A stretch of 32,000 nucleotides of DNA, taken from Microbacterium phage Pherbot. Location of the stretch: sequence record MK620904.1; one strand, written 5' to 3'. Below the pieces are notes generated by a model. The model saw only the letters and a list, made by a program, of their open reading frames with translations, had not been told where the DNA came from and ran no database searches. The translations under genes were made by a program, and so were the position numbers. Shown piece by piece: positions 18,616-25,492 of the stretch; the stretch's first letter is position 1, and the number at the start of each line of letters is the position of its first letter.

Positions 18616-19620
18616 ATGGCCAAGTTCAGCAGCCTGATTACCGGCACCACGCCGGATCACGGCAAGAACCGGGGCAGCGACCCCAACAAGAAGCGCATCA
18701 TCGTCCACCACTGGGCGGGCACGTCCGGCGGCGACACCGCGCTGATGAAGCCCAAGGGCCAGAACAGCCGGGGCGACGTGTCGGCCTCGTACATCCTGTA
18801 CAGCGACGGTCGCCTGATCGGCCAGGTCTCGGAGGAGTACTCCCCTTGGACCACCGGCTCGGCTGACTGGGGTTCGGTTACGGTCGAGACCCAGAACGCG
18901 GCGAACGGGGGCAACTGGCCCATCGACGCACGGGCGAAGGAGAAGCTGGCTCAGCTCATGGCGGACCTCAGCGACCGCTACGGCTGGGGCGAGCTGAAGC
19001 TCGGTACGAACGTTCGCTATCACGGCGAGTTCTACGCCACGGCATGCCCTGGCCCTGACATGATCGCCAGCCTGCCCAGCATCGTCGCACGCGCGAACCA
19101 GATCCGCAAGGGCGGGGGCGGCAGCCAGCCGTCCACCGGGGGCACGTACACCGTCGCCAAGGGCGACACGCTCAGCGGCATTGCCAGCAAGTACGGCACG
19201 ACCTGGCAGGAGCTCCAGCGGCTCAACGGCCTGGCCGACCCGAACAAGATCTTCCCCGGCCAGAAGATCAAGGTGCCCTCGGGAGGTGGCAGCACCGGGG
19301 GCGGCACCGCCACGCCTTCCCAGTCCCTCGCTGATGTGGCCAAGGCCGTCATCCGTGGCGACTACGGCAACGGGCAGGACCGCGTCAACCGGCTGCGGGC
19401 TGCTGGCTACGACCCGGCGGAAGTGCAGCAGGAGGTCAACCGCCAGCTCTACGGGGGCGGCAGCAAGACCCCTGTCGAGTCCAACACGGATGCGATCGCA
19501 CGTCAGGTCATCCGCGGTGACTGGGGCAACGACCCCCAGCGCAAGCAGAAGCTGACTGCGGCAGGGTACGACTACGCTGCCATCCAGCGCCGGGTCAACG
19601 AGATCCTCGCGGGCAAGTAA
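18616..19620 (+). CDS. Endolysin: N-acetylmuramoyl-L-alanine amidase with LysM and two CW_7-like repeats
   Basis: 334 aa; '[13 protein letters not shown]...[15 protein letters not shown]' amidase_2-like; '[44 protein letters not shown]' LysM; two repeats '[35 protein letters not shown]' and '[35 protein letters not shown]'. Confidence 0.92.
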   Translation: MAKFSSLITGTTPDHGKNRGSDPNKKRIIVHHWAGTSGGDTALMKPKGQNSRGDVSASYILYSDGRLIGQVSEEYSPWTTGSADWGSVTVETQNAANGGNWPIDARAKEKLAQLMADLSDRYGWGELKLGTNVRYHGEFYATACPGPDMIASLPSIVARANQIRKGGGGSQPSTGGTYTVAKGDTLSGIASKYGTTWQELQRLNGLADPNKIFPGQKIKVPSGGGSTGGGTATPSQSLADVAKAVIRGDYGNGQDRVNRLRAAGYDPAEVQQEVNRQLYGGGSKTPVESNTDAIARQVIRGDWGNDPQRKQKLTAAGYDYAAIQRRVNEILAGK

Positions 19621-19639
19621 CCACCGGAAGGAACGCCGT

Positions 19640-20026
19640 ATGCTGGAAGTCATCGAGCGCATCCTCGGCGCTCTCATGCCGCTCATGGTGGCTGCCACGA
19701 CTGCCTACGGGGCTGTCCTGGTGGCCAAGGTGAACAAGATCAAGAAGGAAGCTACGGAGACCAATGTCAAGGTCGCCCAGGTCCAGGCTGATATCGTCAC
19801 CAACCACGGCAGCAAGAACCTGGGGGATGCCATCGACCGACTGACCACCAAGGTCGGATGCATATCCGATAACCAGGATGAGCTCATCGCAACGGTGAAG
19901 GGCATGCAGGCAAGGGACGCGGCGCTGGAAGCCCGCATGAGCGCCGTGGAGCAGCGCCGTGTCCCCCACTCCTCGCACACCCCTACCGGGCCTATCTCCC
20001 TCCGATTCAAGAGAAAGAAGAAATAA
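19640..20026 (+). CDS. Putative holin-associated/membrane protein (N-terminal TM, coiled coil)
   Basis: 128 aa; one hydrophobic N-terminal segment 'ILGALMPLMVAATTAYGAVLVAKV', then a coiled-coil-like region and a basic C-terminus; next to the endolysin. Confidence 0.55.
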   Translation: MLEVIERILGALMPLMVAATTAYGAVLVAKVNKIKKEATETNVKVAQVQADIVTNHGSKNLGDAIDRLTTKVGCISDNQDELIATVKGMQARDAALEARMSAVEQRRVPHSSHTPTGPISLRFKRKKK

Positions 20027-20319
20027 TGGACACCATCACCACTCTGGCCACCGTCCCGGCGGTCATCGCCCTGGTCACCCTCATCAAGGACCTGGGCCTC
20101 CCCGCCAAGTTCGCACCCCTGGCGGCTGTCGTGCTCGGTGTGGCCCTGTCGGTCCTGGCGGCGCTGTCGCTGGGCACCGTGGCCAACTGGTACGAGACCG
20201 TCAGCCTGGGGGTCATCCTCGGCCTGAGCGCTGCTGGTCTGTACGACGGCGCTCGTGCCATCGGCGGCAGCAAGGCCGAGGTCGTGGTCGTGCAGGAAGA
20301 CCCCAGCACCAAGCCCTGA
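20026..20319 (+). CDS. Putative holin
   Basis: 97 aa; two to three hydrophobic segments, immediately downstream of the endolysin cassette, charged C-terminus. Confidence 0.65.
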   Translation: MDTITTLATVPAVIALVTLIKDLGLPAKFAPLAAVVLGVALSVLAALSLGTVANWYETVSLGVILGLSAAGLYDGARAIGGSKAEVVVVQEDPSTKP

Positions 20320-20332
20320 CCCCTTTCACCTC

Positions 20333-20365
20333 GAGACGCCCCCGGCCACAAGCTAGGGGCGTCTC
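20333..20365. terminator. Bidirectional hairpin terminator between convergent gene blocks
   Basis: Perfect 10-bp stem GAGACGCCCC ... GGGGCGTCTC with a 13-nt loop, between the + stop at 20319 and the - stop at 20377. Only a short TT tract follows. Confidence 0.8.
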
Positions 20366-20376
20366 TTGGCGTGCAG

Positions 20377-20574
20377 TTAGAGCACGGGGAAGCGCTGGCC
20401 GAGCGGCACCACGGCGACGCCCAGGTCGGTCTCCAGGCGACCGCGCTGGTGGTCCACGCGCCGGATGCGGATGACCCGCGCCTGGTTGCCCTCGGGGTCA
20501 ATGATGACCTGCCCGTGCTGGAGGTCCTCTGCCTTGACCTGCTTCAGTGCCTTGTCCATGTTGTTCTCCTTCAC
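20377..20574 (-). CDS. Hypothetical protein
   Basis: 65 aa; start preceded by a purine-rich RBS-like sequence; overlaps the 20571 stop. Confidence 0.5.
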   Translation of the reverse strand: MKENNMDKALKQVKAEDLQHGQVIIDPEGNQARVIRIRRVDHQRGRLETDLGVAVVPLGQRFPVL

Positions 20575-20765
20575 TTGCTGGCGTAGTAGGCGCGGATCTT
20601 GTCCGCGACCTGGGGTCGGTTGATCTTCATCTCGAGGGCGTCGATCAGGAAGTTGACGTCGCCGCCTTCAACCAGCGCGTCAACCAGGTCGCTGAGTGCA
20701 TCCTGGTATCCCGCCTGGTAGGCGCGAGCCTGAGTGTGAACGTTGAGGTTTACCTTGTGCGACAT
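20571..20765 (-). CDS. Hypothetical protein
   Basis: 64 aa, helical, overlapping stop/start with the downstream gene. Confidence 0.5.
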   Translation of the reverse strand: MSHKVNLNVHTQARAYQAGYQDALSDLVDALVEGGDVNFLIDALEMKINRPQVADKIRAYYASK

Positions 20766-20771
20766 GTGATC

Positions 20772-20801
20772 AGCATACCCTCAACTTCTCAGTTGATCCA
20801 A
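20772..20801 (-). promoter_or_regulatory. Promoter/operator-like element upstream of the 20765 gene
   Basis: Minus strand TTGGAT - 18 nt - TATGCT; spacer contains the perfect inverted repeat TCAACT-TCTC-AGTTGA (20781..20796). Confidence 0.35.
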
Positions 20802-21682
20802 GAACCCTTGGTGGGGCGGCTGCCGAAGGCGAAGCTGGGGTCGTCCTGGCTGGCCTCCAGTGTGGCCGTGAACGTGATGCGGCGACCCTTGACGCCGGTG
20901 TAGCGACCGTCTTCGGTGCCCAGGAACCAGCAGGAGGAGCCGAAGTCGTAGATCGTGCTGCCGTCGGCCTGGATCTGCTCAAGGAAGGTGTCGAAGGCTT
21001 CCTCGCCCTGGGCCTTGGGGATGGACACGTAGACTCGGAAGCCCCGGTCGTCCTGGACGGTGATCTTGTTCTGCACGCCGTAGTCGTTCTCCCGAACCTT
21101 GGCGGAGAGGATGGTGCCGGTCACCTGCACACGGCCAGCCGGGGCGGGGGTGCTGGTGGCCTGCTGCTGGCTGCGCTTGTCGGCGATGGTCTGCAGAGCG
21201 GCGATCTGGCGCTCGGTGTACTGGCGCTCGTCGTACCCCCAGAGCATGTCTGCCAGCTTGGCCACGAAGCTGTCGCGCTCGGTGTAGGTGTACTCCCCAC
21301 CCTCGGCGACCTGCACGTTGGCAGCCTTGCTGACCAGCGCCCAGACGTCGGGGTGTGCCGCTGCCAGCGCGTCCAACGCGGCCTGACGCTTGGCCAGCTT
21401 GGCGAGGCGCTCCTGCTCACGCTTGGCCTCACGACGGGCTGCTCGGCGGGCCTTGGCCTCGCACCACGCCTTCGCTTCGGCTTCGTTGGCGAAGATGTCA
21501 CCGAGACGGTACTCGAAGACGTTGTGGCAGGCGTAGCAGATGCTGTCGTAGCCGTTGAACGAGTAGTGGCCCGTGCCCCCGCACCGACGGCAGCCCTTAG
21601 CGAAGATGCCGTTGGACGAGACGTAGAAGTAGCCAGCGTGCTCGTGAGAAGTGATGGTGTGGAACGGGGCGGTGTTGTTCAT
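20789..21682 (-). CDS. Hypothetical protein with N-terminal zinc-ribbon-like motif and C-terminal OB-like segment
   Basis: 297 aa from MNNTAPFH; 'CRRCGGTGHYSFNGYDSICYAC' Cys pairs; C-terminal 'RVQVTGTILSAKVRENDYGVQNKITVQDDRGFRVYVSIP'. Confidence 0.6.
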   Translation of the reverse strand: MNNTAPFHTITSHEHAGYFYVSSNGIFAKGCRRCGGTGHYSFNGYDSICYACHNVFEYRLGDIFANEAEAKAWCEAKARRAARREAKREQERLAKLAKRQAALDALAAAHPDVWALVSKAANVQVAEGGEYTYTERDSFVAKLADMLWGYDERQYTERQIAALQTIADKRSQQQATSTPAPAGRVQVTGTILSAKVRENDYGVQNKITVQDDRGFRVYVSIPKAQGEEAFDTFLEQIQADGSTIYDFGSSCWFLGTEDGRYTGVKGRRITFTATLEASQDDPSFAFGSRPTKGSWIN

Positions 21683-21721
21683 GTGACTAGTGTGCCACAA
21701 GTTTGAGGATAGGTCCAAGAC

Positions 21722-21997
21722 CTAGTTCCAGCCGCGCCCCAGGACCTCGAAGAAGAACGCCAGCCCGTAGAGGCTGCCCTTGATGACGTCGTCACCGTAG
21801 ATGCCCCACCAGACCAGGAAGCACACGGCGATGACCACCAGGGCCACGGCCACAAGGATGGGGATCCACACGAGGACCGCCAGCACCTTGTCCCAGAAGG
21901 TCGGCTGCGGTCCACGGAGCTCTTCCAGCTCAGCCTCGGTGAAGGTGAGCAGGTCGTCGAAGCTGGTCACGGGGCGGGGGTCGATTTCGGTCTTCAT
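21722..21997 (-). CDS. Hypothetical membrane protein
   Basis: 91 aa; hydrophobic segments 'VLAVLVWIPILVAVALVVIAVCFLVWWGIYG' and 'GSLYGLAFFFEVLG'. Confidence 0.55.
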   Translation of the reverse strand: MKTEIDPRPVTSFDDLLTFTEAELEELRGPQPTFWDKVLAVLVWIPILVAVALVVIAVCFLVWWGIYGDDVIKGSLYGLAFFFEVLGRGWN

Positions 21998-23661
21998 GAT
22001 TCCTCCTGGGGTGTCTCCTTGATAACCTTGAGCGCCTTGTTCAAGTAATGCTGATTGTACCCCATCTTCGTCTGGACCGCAAGACGGAGGAAGTCAGGGA
22101 AGTCCTCTTCCGGGCTTGCCAGTGACAGGATGAAGTCGGCCCAGCCGTGCAGCGCGGTCGACCCCAGGATGGTCTCCTGCACGGTCTCGCCCTTCTCGAA
22201 CTGGCGCTTGCGAGTGTGGTGGATGAACATGATCGCGCACCCCGTTGTCTGGGCGATGCGCTTCAGTGGCTTCAGGACCGAGTACATCTCCTTGGAGTCG
22301 CTGACGTTGGCCTTGCCGATGGCCATGCTGAGAGTGTCAATGACCACCAGCCGGAGCTCGTACTTGAGGATCGTCTCCAGGAGGCGCTGCTGGTCTTCAG
22401 GCGTGCTGAGGTCGGCCTCGTTGAACATGGTGTACAGGGGCATCGGCTGGGGCGGCTCCCAGGACATGTCGGGCTTGATGTGGCCGTCCCAGTGGTACTG
22501 GAACCGACCCTTGTCCCGGTTGAGAGATGTGTTCAGGCGGGTCGCGAACAGGTAGTCGCCGTCCTCCAGGGACAGGAAGCCCACGGGCTGCGGCTTCCGC
22601 GTGCTGACGCCGAGAGGCTTCGTCGCCGTGGCAAGGCCGAGCGTCATCTCAATGGCGATGCGGGTCTTGCCCACCTTGGGCGCTGCCACCAGCAGCCCAC
22701 AGCCACCAGCCGGGATGAAGTTAGGCAGGACCCAGTCCATCGGGGTCTTGATCGTAGGCCCGAAGCTGCCCACGGTGCCCATCTCCCAGGGGCCAACCTC
22801 CTCGGCCAGATCGCCGTCTACGTCGGCGTGTGCCGACTGGTCTGCCTTGCTGGGGGTACTGGTCGGCTGGTCGGCAGGCTGGGCCGCGTAGGCGTTGGCG
22901 ATGTCTTCCTGCAGCCGCTCGGGGTCGTCCTTCCACTTGTTCCAGTCGGTAGCCTTCAGCAGCTTGAACGTCAGGCGCTGGTCAAGCCCCAGCTCAGCCG
23001 CGTTGCGGGCGAAGCGCCAGAGAACCTTCGAGCGGTCCCCGTAGGTGTCCTGCGCCCCCAGCTCGCTCGCAAGCCCCGGCGAGAAGCCGAGGCCCTTGGC
23101 CACACGAGTGAGAAGCTGGCCCTTGGTGTACACCGTGCCCGCGCTGCGCAAGATGCGACCCTTGAAGGGCTTGCGCTTGTGATGCCAGGTGCCAGGGACA
23201 CGAAGAAGCTGGCCGATGTCGACGCCGGACTTGTCCCCGCCGAGCGCCTGGGTCAGCATGCCCATCAGGCCGTCTCGGTGGTATTCGCTGGCAGGCACGC
23301 TCTCACGCATGAGCCAGATCGCCTGCTTGTGGCCGGGGCTTGTCTCCCAGACGTACGACGGCCGGAGGGCGGTGAGCAGATCATCGTTGAACGACTCATC
23401 GCAGTCTACCCAGAGCACGCGCTGGGCGGGGTACTCCTTGGCCTTGCGGCTGTCGCTGCTGCTGACTGCCGGGGTCCAGTACCAGTCAACCGAGTCACGG
23501 AGATCAGGGAGCTGGGGCTTGCGGGAACCCAACACGGGTCCCTCTCGGAACTTCTGGTTGTCTTTGGAGCCGATGTTCACGATGTGGGGCACCCAGACAT
23601 TACCATCAATGCCTGAGTGCCCCCACACCTTGCGGATCAGCTCGAGAGGGTTGCTATCCAC
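21994..23661 (-). CDS. Primase-helicase: N-terminal AEP-type primase-like domain fused to a RecA-like ATPase
   Basis: 555 aa; 'VLWVDCDES' (DxD), 'YVWETSPGHKQAIWLM' (SxGxH-like), 'GGDKSGVDIGQLLRVPGTWHHK' (AEP third motif), then Walker A 'AAPKVGKT' and Walker B-like 'LRLVVIDTLSMA'. Confidence 0.8.
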   Translation of the reverse strand: MDSNPLELIRKVWGHSGIDGNVWVPHIVNIGSKDNQKFREGPVLGSRKPQLPDLRDSVDWYWTPAVSSSDSRKAKEYPAQRVLWVDCDESFNDDLLTALRPSYVWETSPGHKQAIWLMRESVPASEYHRDGLMGMLTQALGGDKSGVDIGQLLRVPGTWHHKRKPFKGRILRSAGTVYTKGQLLTRVAKGLGFSPGLASELGAQDTYGDRSKVLWRFARNAAELGLDQRLTFKLLKATDWNKWKDDPERLQEDIANAYAAQPADQPTSTPSKADQSAHADVDGDLAEEVGPWEMGTVGSFGPTIKTPMDWVLPNFIPAGGCGLLVAAPKVGKTRIAIEMTLGLATATKPLGVSTRKPQPVGFLSLEDGDYLFATRLNTSLNRDKGRFQYHWDGHIKPDMSWEPPQPMPLYTMFNEADLSTPEDQQRLLETILKYELRLVVIDTLSMAIGKANVSDSKEMYSVLKPLKRIAQTTGCAIMFIHHTRKRQFEKGETVQETILGSTALHGWADFILSLASPEEDFPDFLRLAVQTKMGYNQHYLNKALKVIKETPQEES

Positions 23662-23930
23662 TCGACTACTTCCTGGGCCTTGGGGTCGTGGCTGACGAAC
23701 GTGGTGCCGCCAGCCGCGCGGAACTTCTTGAGGGTGTAGAGCTGAGCCTCGCTGGGCTTCTCCTTGGCGCTGCGCTTGGCTTCAATCGCGAAGAACTGCC
23801 CGTGCGCGCACCCGAGGACATCGGGGGTCCCCTTCTGCTGAAAGGAACCCCCGTGAGTCCGGATAGCGTACACACCAGGCAGCGCGTTCAACGCCTTGAG
23901 CATGCTGCGGACGATACCGGCCTCGTCCAT
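23637..23930 (-). CDS. VRR-NUC-domain nuclease
   Basis: 97 aa; 'IRTHGGSFQQKGTPDVLGCAHGQFFAIEAKRSAKEKPSEAQLYTLKKFRAAGGTTFVSHD' matches the VRR-NUC pattern (G.PD...E.K....p...Q). Confidence 0.85.
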   Translation of the reverse strand: MDEAGIVRSMLKALNALPGVYAIRTHGGSFQQKGTPDVLGCAHGQFFAIEAKRSAKEKPSEAQLYTLKKFRAAGGTTFVSHDPKAQEVVEWIATLSS

Positions 23931-23933
23931 GGG

Positions 23934-24659
23934 TCAGCGGCGCTTGACGGTGCGCTTGGCAGCAGGCGCGGCCTTGCGTGCCGGTGCAGCCTTGGCAGCG
24001 GGCTTCTTGGCCGAAGAGCGGCGACGGGGGGCAGGCTCCGGCTCGGGCTCCTCCTCCTCGTCCTCCTCCTCGTCGTCCTCGTAGTCCTCGTCGTCATCCT
24101 CGAGCTCTTCGTCGTCGAGGTCGTCTTCGTCGAGGTCGTCGTCTTCGTCCTCTTCGTAGTCCTCCTCGTCCTCGTCGCCCTCGTCCTCGTACTCCTCGTC
24201 GGCCTCAGCCTCGTCGTCGTACTCCTCCTCGTCGGCGTCCGGCGCGCTGCTGTCGCTGTCCTCGTCGAGGATGTCCAGGCCGTAGGTGCCGTTCACCGTG
24301 GAGCGGAGGTTGCCCTGGTAGGTGTCGTCCTCGACCTCGGCGGCGATGAACTTGCCGACCGGACCGTTGGGGTCGATCATCTGCGCCTTCTTGGGCACCG
24401 AGATCCCGGAAGCGACCAGCAGGTCGCGGAGCTTCCAGAGCTGGTTCTGCTGGAGCTTGCAGTAGTACGGGAACCGGCGCGTCTTCAGCTTGGGGTCAGC
24501 CGGAACCAGCGCGTAGACGAGCATCGCGGTGCCGTCCTGCGCCTCGGTCTCCTGCACGGACTCGACCTTCATCTTGTGGAGGCCCTCGGTGATGTGCTTG
24601 GTGTTCCAGCCCGAGCGCTCTTCGGTCTTGCTGAAGTCAAGACGGATCTTCTTTGCCAT
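23934..24659 (-). CDS. SSB-like protein with acidic then basic C-terminal tail
   Basis: 241 aa; N-terminal ~130 aa OB-like ('HKMKVESVQETEAQDGTAMLVYALVPADPKLKTRRFPYYCKLQQNQLWKLRDLL'), long D/E-rich block, basic K/A-rich end; located in the replication module. Confidence 0.6.
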   Translation of the reverse strand: MAKKIRLDFSKTEERSGWNTKHITEGLHKMKVESVQETEAQDGTAMLVYALVPADPKLKTRRFPYYCKLQQNQLWKLRDLLVASGISVPKKAQMIDPNGPVGKFIAAEVEDDTYQGNLRSTVNGTYGLDILDEDSDSSAPDADEEEYDDEAEADEEYEDEGDEDEEDYEEDEDDDLDEDDLDDEELEDDDEDYEDDEEEDEEEEPEPEPAPRRRSSAKKPAAKAAPARKAAPAAKRTVKRR

Positions 24660-24689
24660 GATGTGCTTCCTTTTCTTGGGGTATCTCGA

Positions 24690-25355
24690 CTAGCGGGTCC
24701 AGCCGAGAAGCTGGTTGAGCCGCCCGATGCTGGGCGACTTGAGATAGGGAGGGGTGCCCTGGTACACCTTACTACGGGCACCGGCCACAATGCTGGAGGA
24801 CGGGCCGAGCCAGAGGCGGCGAACAGGCTTGCCGTTCACGTGGGCGATGTACAGGCGACCGATCACGTCGGACATCTGCAGCAGGGCCGAAGCGGCACCG
24901 GGGGACAGGTCCACGGTCGTCATGACGCCGGTGTCCTCGTCCACATCGTCACTGCCCCACTCCTCGTTCGGCAGGATGAGCTTCTCCTGCGCAAGCACGA
25001 TGACTTCCTTCTTCTCGTCACGGAGCGTGCGGAGCAGCGTGGCGAGGCCGTTGTTGGCTGCGCCGTAGTGCGCCTGGCTGGCAGGCTTGCCCCCGGCAGC
25101 TTCCGCCAGCATGATCGCATGGAGCGATGTGGCCGTGTCGACGACGAACCGCTGGTGCTTGCTCAGCCAGGAGCCGTTCATCAGCTTGTTCAGGTTGCGA
25201 GTGCTCAGGTCCTCTTCCACGGTGAACCCCGTGGTGTCCAGGCCGATGAGACCCTGGTCGGCCGACAGGATGGCCGTCTTGCCCTTGGGGGCATCCTTGA
25301 GGGCGAGCGTGGTCTTGCCGACCTTGGGCCTGCCGTAGATGGTCTTGACGCTCAT
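24690..25355 (-). CDS. Sak4-like RecA-family ATPase
   Basis: About 221 aa from MSVKTI at 25355 (track start is upstream); 'IYGRPKVGKTTLALK' Walker A; small ATPase between nuclease and SSB-like genes. Confidence 0.75.
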   Translation of the reverse strand: MSVKTIYGRPKVGKTTLALKDAPKGKTAILSADQGLIGLDTTGFTVEEDLSTRNLNKLMNGSWLSKHQRFVVDTATSLHAIMLAEAAGGKPASQAHYGAANNGLATLLRTLRDEKKEVIVLAQEKLILPNEEWGSDDVDEDTGVMTTVDLSPGAASALLQMSDVIGRLYIAHVNGKPVRRLWLGPSSSIVAGARSKVYQGTPPYLKSPSIGRLNQLLGWTR

Positions 25356-25492
25356 GCTGCCAGTCCTTCCTCTCGTGACGTGTGCCACCAGGTGACCGAC
25401 AGCGGGCCGACCTCGGGAGCCAGCGTGACGACGCACGCTTCCCCCTTGCCAGCTCCGCAGTAGGAGCACTCGGTGTCGAACGGCTTCTTCAC
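25352..25492 (-). CDS. Small zinc-ribbon-like protein (46 aa), absent from the ORF track
   Basis: Translated by hand: MKKPFDTECSYCGAGKGEACVVTLAPEVGPLSVTWWHTSREEGLAA*; GTG overlaps the upstream gene's TGA, TGA overlaps the downstream ATG (both 4-nt couplings). Confidence 0.75.
   Translation of the reverse strand: MKKPFDTECSYCGAGKGEACVVTLAPEVGPLSVTWWHTSREEGLAA

Noticed and set aside
17230-19698. 822-aa minus-strand ORF opposite the GH18-like and endolysin genes
   Set aside because: Sense strand encodes recognisable hydrolase, amidase, LysM and CW_7-like motifs; antisense product has no sensible composition or neighbours on that strand.
24042-24266. GA-rich simple repeat tract considered as a CRISPR array or regulatory repeat
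   Set aside because: No direct repeats separated by unique spacers; it is in-frame codon repetition (GAG/GAC/GAA) for the acidic tail.
22147-25463. Long plus-strand ORFs (22147..23616, 23688..25463) opposite the replication genes
   Set aside because: Shadow ORFs; the minus frames contain Walker, AEP and VRR-NUC motifs. The VLVVLVVLVVLVVI-like stretch in the plus frame is just the reverse reading of the D/E-rich tract.
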